Shown here: piece after piece, positions 1 through 6,379 of the stretch
How the letters are laid out: every line of letters begins with the position of its first letter
Numbering within the stretch: the first letter of the stretch is position 1
Assembly: GCA_039801565.1 (NCBI GenBank)
Contig: JBDRUX010000068.1
Location: 1-13,811, forward strand
Reading direction: 5' to 3'
DNA from: a candidate division WOR-3 bacterium
GTDB lineage: Bacteria; Hydrothermota; Tepidihabitantia; Tepidihabitantales; JAOUPE01
Length of the DNA: 13,811 nt
Notes under the pieces: generated by a model
Told to the model about the DNA's origin: nothing
Databases searched by the model: none
The model's input: only the letters and a program-made list of their open reading frames with translations
Program-made: the position numbers and the translations under genes

Positions 1-737
1 AGTGTGCCACGACACATTGAGCTGATACCAACCAATCCATAAAGTTCAATATAGGGCAATGAGTCTCGGTTGGGGTAGGCTTCGAATTTCCCTAAGCCTT
101 CAATTTCGACTACCCAATAGTGCGAGAACAATTCTGGTCCGGGGATGAAAATCTCTTTGCCATCTTTTAGATAACGGGCACTATTCTTGCCGGCTAAAAG
201 GACACCTTTTGGGCTCCAAGAAAATTTATAACCAAAAGGGTTATTATTCGCTTCGGGTGCTGGTAAGCCACCACAATAAGAATAAAAACTTATAACTCTA
301 CCGCCTCGGTTCTTGACGCGATGGATAATTTTCATTGCCGACATATGGTCAATACCAGGGTCAAGCCCAATTTCATTCAGAATAATAATTCCGGCTGCTT
401 TTGCTTCTTGGTCAAGACTGCGCATCGCATCGCCTACATAGGAGGTAGTGATCATCGGTTTTTTGTATTGGATACAGGCTTGGGCAACAATTGGATGAAA
501 AGTGTAAGGGACCAGACTAATCACCAAATCGGTTTCAACAATTAAATTCGCCAACACAGTTGGTTCCGAGACATTAACTTCCAGCGCCTTGCCCCGAGGG
601 TGGCTGGCTATAAGTTTTTCGGCTTTACTAGCAGTTCGACTTGCCACCGTAACAAAAAAGTCGGATTGTTTCAATAGATAATCAACAAGTGGGCGGGCAA
701 CTAAACCAGCACCTAAAACCAGTATCTTTTTTTTCAC
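1..737 (-). CDS. Saccharopine dehydrogenase, LYS9/AASS-SDH (glutamate-forming) type; 3' end lies outside the window
   Basis: Not in the ORF track; translated by hand. GTG start at 737 with AAGGAGGAG just upstream (740-748), and open to the window edge. The protein begins MKKKILVLGAGLVARPLVDYL (Rossmann fold) and contains DLVISLVPYTFH, ILNEIGLDPGIDHMSAMKII, SYCGGLPAPEANNNPFGYKFSWSPKG, FEAYPNRDS and RGTL, all characteristic of this family. Confidence 0.93.
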   Translation of the reverse strand, partial: MKKKILVLGAGLVARPLVDYLLKQSDFFVTVASRTASKAEKLIASHPRGKALEVNVSEPTVLANLIVETDLVISLVPYTFHPIVAQACIQYKKPMITTSYVGDAMRSLDQEAKAAGIIILNEIGLDPGIDHMSAMKIIHRVKNRGGRVISFYSYCGGLPAPEANNNPFGYKFSWSPKGVLLAGKNSARYLKDGKEIFIPGPELFSHYWVVEIEGLGKFEAYPNRDSLPYIELYGLVGISSMCRGT

Positions 738-766
738 GGCTCCTCCTTTTCCCTTTAAAAATGAGA

Positions 767-845
767 TTTATTCCAGAGGACACACAGAATAAGAACGATA
801 AACCCTGGGATTCATACAAGATTCTTCGTGAGTTTGTGAGATAAA
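767..845. repeat. Imperfect inverted repeat between mvhD and the saccharopine dehydrogenase gene
   Basis: CACACAGAAT (781-790) and ATTCTTCGTG (821-830) pair at 9 of 10 positions in the minus-strand RNA, counting one G-U. The outer arms TTTATTCCA (767-775) and TGAGATAAA (837-845) pair partially. There is no compact GC stem plus U-tract. Confidence 0.4.
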
Positions 846-851
846 AGCGAC

Positions 852-1286
852 CTATCGTTTTGGATTAGTCTGAATATCATTTAATTTCAGTGGTCCAAGT
901 TGACGAATGGTATCGGTGAATTCCTTTACTACTCGAACAAATTTGTCACCTTCAGAAGCCGAAATCCATTCTAAACGCAACCGTTCGGGTTCAATCCCAA
1001 GTTGGGCTAATAATTTCTTAATGATTGGCACCCTTTTCATCGTCTTGAAATTGCCATTCTGGTAATGACAGTCATTAGGTGGATGACAGCCGCCAATAAA
1101 GACACCATCGGCACCGTTCTTAAATGCCCAAAGTACATATTGGGGGTCAACTCGACTGGAACAGAATACCGTTATCGGGATCATATTCGGAGGATAGGTC
1201 TTCCTTGATGTTCCGGCTAAATCCGCGCCAGCTGATGTGCACCATTTACATAAAAAACCAACAATCTTTGGTTCAAAGTTTTCCAT
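852..1286 (-). CDS. mvhD: MvhD/FlpD family [2Fe-2S] protein (methyl-viologen-reducing hydrogenase delta subunit)
   Basis: Motifs FEPKIVGFLCKWCTSAGADLAG, CSSRVDP, GADGVFIGGCHPPNDCHY and RLRLEWISASEG. It starts 2 nt after the hdrA stop, with GGAGG inside the hdrA 3' end. Confidence 0.96.
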   Translation of the reverse strand: MENFEPKIVGFLCKWCTSAGADLAGTSRKTYPPNMIPITVFCSSRVDPQYVLWAFKNGADGVFIGGCHPPNDCHYQNGNFKTMKRVPIIKKLLAQLGIEPERLRLEWISASEGDKFVRVVKEFTDTIRQLGPLKLNDIQTNPKR

Positions 1287-1288
1287 AT

Positions 1289-4200
1289 TTATTCCTCCAA
1301 ACCGGCTTTGACCATCGCTTGAATTTGCTCATCGGTCAAGTTCTTCTGCTGTGCCGCCCCAGATGGGCAAGCCGCCGAACAAGCACCGCAGCCTTCGCAT
1401 AATACTTCAACCACTTTAATCTTTTTGGTCTTGCCATCTTCTTTTAATTCTAATTCGCGGGCTTGGTAAGGACAGACACCAACACAGAGACCACAACCGG
1501 AGCAGAGGTCATCATCAACACCAGCAATGATTGGTGCGTGCTGAAGTTCTTTTTGTGAAAATAGCGCAACAACCTTACTGGCAGCAGCCGAGGCTTGGGC
1601 TACTGCTTCAGGAATATCTTTCGGTCCTTGTCCAGCACCGGCCAGATAGAAACCAGCGGTCATCGTCTCAACCGGTCTTAGTTTAGGATGGGCTTCAACC
1701 AACCAACCTTGTTCATCCAAAGCCGTTTTTAGGATGGTGGCTAATGTTTTAGTCTGAGGTGTTGGCACCATCGCAGTTGCTAAAACCACCATATCGCAAT
1801 CGAGTTCCACCTTCTTACCGGTTAAGGTATCAGCCCCCCAAACTGTAACCTTGCCATTCTGCTCAAAGATTTTTGAGACCTTACCTCGAATATAAATGAC
1901 GCCCTCATCAGTCGCTCGTTTATAAAACTCTTCAAACCCTTTGCCACCGGTTCGGACATCAATATAGAATATTATCGCTTCACCATCGTGCACCCGATGT
2001 TTATAAAGCAGGGCATGTTTTGCGGTATACATACAACAGACCTTAGAGCAATAAGGCATATAATTTTCTGGGTCTCTTGAACCAGCACATTGCACAAATA
2101 CGACCCGCTTTGGTACTTTACCATCCGAAGGTCTTCGTACTTCACCTGAGGTTGGTCCAGATGCCGAAAGAATTCTTTCGAATTGTAAACCGTCAATCAC
2201 ATCCGGATACTTGCCATTACCATAAGGACCGAGTATTTTTTTATCTAATACTTCGTAACCGGTAGCCAGGACGAGCGAACCAATTTCGAATTCTTCGGAC
2301 TCGTCTTTTAAATTGTGGTCAATGGCTTCAGCCTCGCAAGCCTTGACACACTCCATACACTCACAGCAGACACTGCAGTTAAGACACCTTTGCGCCTCGC
2401 GTTTTGCCTCTTCCTCGGAAAAGCCTAACTCGACTTCTTTAAAACTTTTGCGTTCGGTGAGTGGAATTTTTGGCATTTCAGCTCTTGGTTCTTTTTTGAA
2501 TAGGGCATATTCTTCGGGTGTGAATTGAGCAATCTCAGGATTCGGCTTTTCTGCTGGTTTGAGTTCCTCACCTTCGAGATACATTTCAATCCCTTCAGCT
2601 GCCTTCCTACCCGCAGCCACTGCTTCAATTACGGTAGCTGGTCCAGATACCAAATCCCCGCCCGCAAAGATACCTTCTTGCGATGTCATCATATTATCCG
2701 GATTAACTACAATGGCACCCCATCGGGTCTTTTCTAAATCCGGGAATAGTGATGTATCCGGTGCTTGGCTAACTGCTAAAATCACAATATCGGTCTCAAC
2801 AGTAAATTCACTTTTTGGAATTGGTATTGGCATTCTTCTTCCGGTGGCATCGGGCGGACCCAGTTCCATCTTTTGACACTCAATCCCAATTACTTTATTG
2901 TCTTTACCTAAAATCTTAGTTGGTCCCGACAAATAGACAATCTTCACCCCTTCCTTTTCTGCCTCTTCAATCTCCCATTCGTTGGCTGGCATCTCTCGTC
3001 TTGACCGCCGATAAATTATACTGACTTCTTTTGCCCCGAGGCGTAAAGCAGTCCTTGCCGCATCAACCGCGGCATTACCACCACCAATCACCGCTACTCG
3101 TTTACCATTAACCTCGGTGGTTAAGTCCTTGGTCTTTAGATTAACAAACCTTAAAAAGTCCAATACCTGATAGACACCAGAAAGATTTTCACCTGGGACA
3201 CCAAGTTTCAATCCTTTTGAGGCACCAGTTGCTAAAAATACCGCCTTATAGCCCCGATTGAATAAGTCTTCAATCGTAAAATCTTTACCCAAAGTTTGAT
3301 TGGTCTTCACATCTATTCCATGGGCAAGAATGTAATCAATATCAGCCTTAATTGCTGGTCGGGGTAGCCGAAATTCAGGTATTCCAGTGATTAACATTCC
3401 CCCCAATTCTGGTAAGGCTTCAAAGATTGTGACCGGATAACCCTTCTTGGCTAAGAAATAGGCACAAGCCAAACCAGCCGGTCCACCACCAATGATTGCA
3501 ACCTTGTCGAATTTCACTTTCTCTACCGGTGGTGGTAACTGGCGACCTTTCTTCAATTCATAATCGGCAATAAATCGTTTCAAAGAGCAAATCGCAATTG
3601 GCTTATCCACTTGGTTTCGGTTGCAGTTCGATTCGCAAGGATGGTTGCAGACCCTGCCACAGACCGAAGCAAACGGATTAGCCTGACGCTCCAAATCTAA
3701 CGCTTCTTGATATTTTCCCGCGGCAATTAATGCAACATAACCGTGGGCATTTACCCCAGCCGGACAGGCAACCCGACAAGGAGAAATACCTTTCTTCTCA
3801 ATCGTAAAGATATTGGGCACCGCTTGCGGAAACGGACGATATACCGCCTTCCGCTTCGAAAGTCCAGCATCAAACTCATTAATCACTGATACAGGACAGG
3901 CAATTGCGCAATCACCACAACCATTACACTTTGTTGGTAAAATATACCTGGTCTTTTTCTTCACCTTCACTTTAAAGTTACCAACATACCCCGAAACTCC
4001 TTTCACTTCGCTATAAGAGAAGAGTTTAATATTAGGATGTTGTTTAACTTCCACCATTTTCGGAGTCAAGATACATTGTGAACAGTCAAGGGTTGGGAAA
4101 GTTTCAGAGAGTTGTGCCATATGCCCACCAATTGAAGGATTCTTTTCAACTAAAATCGTTTCGTAACCAGCATTGGCGATATCGAGTGCGGCTTGGATTC

Positions 4201-4678
4201 CTGCCACACCCGCTCCAATCACCATTGCCCGTTTTGTTATTGGCACTGAAATTGGAGTTAATGGTTCATCATATTGCACTTTCTTAACCATCGTCTTGAT
4301 AATTTTCACCGCCTTTTCAGTCGCCTTATCCTTATCTTCAGTCACCCAAGAACACTGTTCACGGATATTAGCAATTTCGCATAGATAAGGATTAATTCCA
4401 GTTGAAGCAGCAGCTTTGCGAAAAGTCGGCTCGTGTAGCGTTGGTGAACAACAAGCAACAACCACTCCGTCCAATTTTTCCTTAACTATCGTCTCTTTGA
4501 TTAAATTCTGGCCGGGGTCAGAACAACAGTATTGATGGTCCTTAACTACCGCAATCGAAGGATAGTCTTTTAATCTTCTTAAAACCTCATCAATCTTTAC
4601 GGTTCCGGCAATATTTATGCCACAATGACAGACAAAAACACCAATTCGCTTCTGATTTTTAGTCTTTTTCTCAACCAT
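1289..4678 (-). CDS. hdrA: Heterodisulfide reductase subunit A-like flavoprotein with an inserted NfnB/GltD-like NAD(P)H-binding module (HdrL-type)
   Basis: HdrA motifs: RIGVFVCHCGINIA, ACCSP, NIREQCSWV, VIGAGVAG, TFPTLDCSQC, FERILSASGPTSG, QCAGSRD, CSKVCCMY, QGPKDIP and a C-terminal 2x CxxCxxCxxxCP. The internal segment (about aa 297-768) has PCRVACP, CGRVCNHPCESNCNR, IIGGGPAG, VIGGGNAAVDAAR, YRRS and FAGGD. Confidence 0.95.
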   Translation of the reverse strand: MVEKKTKNQKRIGVFVCHCGINIAGTVKIDEVLRRLKDYPSIAVVKDHQYCCSDPGQNLIKETIVKEKLDGVVVACCSPTLHEPTFRKAAASTGINPYLCEIANIREQCSWVTEDKDKATEKAVKIIKTMVKKVQYDEPLTPISVPITKRAMVIGAGVAGIQAALDIANAGYETILVEKNPSIGGHMAQLSETFPTLDCSQCILTPKMVEVKQHPNIKLFSYSEVKGVSGYVGNFKVKVKKKTRYILPTKCNGCGDCAIACPVSVINEFDAGLSKRKAVYRPFPQAVPNIFTIEKKGISPCRVACPAGVNAHGYVALIAAGKYQEALDLERQANPFASVCGRVCNHPCESNCNRNQVDKPIAICSLKRFIADYELKKGRQLPPPVEKVKFDKVAIIGGGPAGLACAYFLAKKGYPVTIFEALPELGGMLITGIPEFRLPRPAIKADIDYILAHGIDVKTNQTLGKDFTIEDLFNRGYKAVFLATGASKGLKLGVPGENLSGVYQVLDFLRFVNLKTKDLTTEVNGKRVAVIGGGNAAVDAARTALRLGAKEVSIIYRRSRREMPANEWEIEEAEKEGVKIVYLSGPTKILGKDNKVIGIECQKMELGPPDATGRRMPIPIPKSEFTVETDIVILAVSQAPDTSLFPDLEKTRWGAIVVNPDNMMTSQEGIFAGGDLVSGPATVIEAVAAGRKAAEGIEMYLEGEELKPAEKPNPEIAQFTPEEYALFKKEPRAEMPKIPLTERKSFKEVELGFSEEEAKREAQRCLNCSVCCECMECVKACEAEAIDHNLKDESEEFEIGSLVLATGYEVLDKKILGPYGNGKYPDVIDGLQFERILSASGPTSGEVRRPSDGKVPKRVVFVQCAGSRDPENYMPYCSKVCCMYTAKHALLYKHRVHDGEAIIFYIDVRTGGKGFEEFYKRATDEGVIYIRGKVSKIFEQNGKVTVWGADTLTGKKVELDCDMVVLATAMVPTPQTKTLATILKTALDEQGWLVEAHPKLRPVETMTAGFYLAGAGQGPKDIPEAVAQASAAASKVVALFSQKELQHAPIIAGVDDDLCSGCGLCVGVCPYQARELELKEDGKTKKIKVVEVLCEGCGACSAACPSGAAQQKNLTDEQIQAMVKAGLEE

Positions 4679-5552
4679 TGATTAATCCTTTCTGGATTAA
4701 AAGCGGTTTTGGGTCAACATAATGATTATCTAAAGCCAGTATTTCACCTTCTAAACCCAAAGCCAAGCCCAAAAGTTGGGTGAAATAGAAGACCGGGATT
4801 TTCTTAAAACCTGGGCTTTTCTCCCTAATCAATTTCTGTTGATTATCAATATTATATTGGCACAAAGGACAACTGGTTATGACACATTCCGCACCTGCAG
4901 CGATGATACTATCAAGGATTGTTTTTGAACACTTTAATGCTATATCCGGGGCGTTTACTAAAATATAACCGCCGCAACATTCACCCTTGAATGGAAAGTC
5001 AATCGGCTCGGCACCCAAAGTTGCCATCAATTCATCCATCACTTTTGGATTATCCGGGTCGTCGAATTTCAATTCTTCAGCTGGTCTTAAGAGTAAACAG
5101 CCATAATAAGGAGCAACCTTAAGTCCTTTAAGATTCTTCTTAACTTTAACTTTTATCTTATCCCAACCGATATCATTCTTCAAGACCTCCAGATAGTGTA
5201 GCACTTTCATATTTTCATCATAAGGTTCTTCTAAGAATTCTAAAAGCCGTTTTCTGGTCTTCTCATTACCTGGGGCAAAAAGGAAGTTATGACTACGCAA
5301 AAGCACATTGTAGCAGGCAGCACAAAGAGTGACTAATGAATTGCCCATCTTTCTTGCCTGAACTAAGTTCCGGATTGGTCCAACCTGTGCTGCTAAATCA
5401 TCGGTCACGGTAGAATAGATTGCACCGCAACAATTCCAGGTCTCAAGTTCTTGCAGTTCAAAGCCAAGGATTTGAGCCGACTGGCGAGCACATCGGTCTA
5501 AATTCTTTGCCTTAGTATATAAGGTGCACCCAGGGTAATAAGGATATCTCAT
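4671..5552 (-). CDS. hdrB: Heterodisulfide reductase subunit B (two CCG domains)
   Basis: YYPGCT..WNCCGA..LCAACYN and YYGCLLLRP..ECCGG..TSCPLCQYNID are the cysteine sets for two non-cubane [4Fe-4S] clusters. The stop overlaps the hdrA start by 8 nt. Confidence 0.95.
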   Translation of the reverse strand: MRYPYYPGCTLYTKAKNLDRCARQSAQILGFELQELETWNCCGAIYSTVTDDLAAQVGPIRNLVQARKMGNSLVTLCAACYNVLLRSHNFLFAPGNEKTRKRLLEFLEEPYDENMKVLHYLEVLKNDIGWDKIKVKVKKNLKGLKVAPYYGCLLLRPAEELKFDDPDNPKVMDELMATLGAEPIDFPFKGECCGGYILVNAPDIALKCSKTILDSIIAAGAECVITSCPLCQYNIDNQQKLIREKSPGFKKIPVFYFTQLLGLALGLEGEILALDNHYVDPKPLLIQKGLING

Positions 5553-5560
5553 CAGAAGAA

Positions 5561-5621
5561 AGTTTTTAGTCTTTGGTTGTTGGTTTTTAGTCTAACTCCT
5601 AACAACCAACCACCAACAACT
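5561..5621. repeat. Inverted array of degenerate heptamer tandem repeats (4+4 units), able to form a long imperfect hairpin
   Basis: AGTTTTT-AGTCTTT-GGTTGTT-GGTTTTT (5561-5588), spacer AGTCT, then AACTCCT-AACAACC-AACCACC-AACAACT (5594-5621), which are reverse-complement versions of the same unit. Confidence 0.75.
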
Positions 5622-5628
5622 AATTTGA

Positions 5629-6024
5629 TCATCCTACGAACTTCCTAAATCCGGCAATAAATGCCTGTTGGGGTGCATCATAGATAAGGTCTTTACTTAT
5701 TTTGTCAGGCTCAACTCGGTTCTTTTTACTTCGTAAGACCAAAGCCCGTAAGGCATCAGAAATTTTCGCATAGTCAACGCCTCTTGGGCAGCGTGTGCCG
5801 CAGACATTACAAGCGGCACAGAGCCAGATACCTTCTGAATTTAAGACTTCTTGCACCATACCGAGTTGGAGCATTCGAATCGCTTGACTTGGCACCGGTT
5901 CCATCGCAAAGGCAACTGGGCAACCCGCGGTGCAAGAGCCGCATTGAAAACAGTCAGAAATTTTTTGACCGCTTAACTCTTCAATTAAAGAAATAATTTC
6001 TTTATTACTATTTTTTTCTAACAT
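5629..6024 (-). CDS. hdrC: Heterodisulfide reductase subunit C (2x[4Fe-4S])
   Basis: CFQCGSCTAGCP and IWLCAACNVCGTRCPRGVD; directly upstream of hdrB. Confidence 0.94.
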   Translation of the reverse strand: MLEKNSNKEIISLIEELSGQKISDCFQCGSCTAGCPVAFAMEPVPSQAIRMLQLGMVQEVLNSEGIWLCAACNVCGTRCPRGVDYAKISDALRALVLRSKKNRVEPDKISKDLIYDAPQQAFIAGFRKFVG

Positions 6025-6032
6025 AAGATTTT

Positions 6033-6061
6033 AATATACCATAAATAATTGGTTGTGTCAA
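6033..6061 (-). promoter_or_regulatory. Sigma70-type promoter for the hdr operon
   Basis: On the minus strand: TTGACA (6061-6056), 17-nt spacer ending in TGG (extended -10), TATATT (6038-6033). Only 8 nt separate it from the hdrC ATG. Confidence 0.8.
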
Positions 6062-6154
6062 TAAATACAAAAGCCATTGGTTTATCTGCAAAGTGATTGA
6101 CCAGTCTGCGACCGCTATCATTCGGTTCTATGTTGTGGGGCAAACGACTCGCAA

Positions 6155-6171
6155 GTTGCGCAATGCGAAAC
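6155..6171. promoter_or_regulatory. 17-bp near-perfect palindrome, putative transcription factor site
   Basis: GTTGCGCA-A-TGCGAAAC has 7 of 8 symmetric pairs and lies midway between the two divergent promoters. Confidence 0.4.
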
Positions 6172-6280
6172 CCGTATAGTATATTAGAGGCATAAATGTT
6201 TTAGTTGTTTAATCGGTTCAAAGCAAATCTGAAGCATAAGTTGGAGGAAGTGCTGCCAAATATTATTTACTAAAATTTCC

Positions 6281-6308
6281 TTGACCTTGAGATTTTTTTA
6301 GTTATAAT
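6281..6308 (+). promoter_or_regulatory. Sigma70-type promoter for the kinase/TBDR/YfiR operon
   Basis: TTGACC (6281-6286), 16-nt spacer, TATAAT (6303-6308), with an AT-rich tract upstream. It lies about 70 nt before the ATG at 6380. Confidence 0.65.
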
Positions 6309-6379
6309 ATATTATCAAAGGGGTAGTTATTCGGGGTGAAGAAAATAATCCCCGATACTTAAATAAAGTAGCTTAGGGG

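Noticed and set aside
321..545. 74-aa plus-strand ORF
   Set aside because: It is an antisense shadow of the saccharopine dehydrogenase gene.
727..734. A8 homopolymer at the start of the dehydrogenase gene as a phase-variation tract
   Set aside because: It is in frame and encodes an ordinary Lys-rich N-terminus. Such runs are common in AT-rich DNA.
852..4678. Selenocysteine recoding in HdrA/HdrL or MvhD
   Set aside because: Both ORFs are full length with Cys at the motif positions and have no in-frame TGA needing readthrough.
1124..5996. Small ORFs overlapping mvhD, hdrA and hdrC (1124, 1972, 2077, 2313, 2425, 2525, 2559, 3813, 4078, 4173, 5784)
   Set aside because: They are antisense or off-frame within well-supported genes and have no recognisable motifs.
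6135..6175. GGGCAAAC..GCAA resembling the start of a c-di-GMP-I riboswitch
   Set aside because: The stem around the tetraloop does not pair properly, the downstream GACGCAAAG and second stem are missing, and it lies upstream of the predicted promoter.
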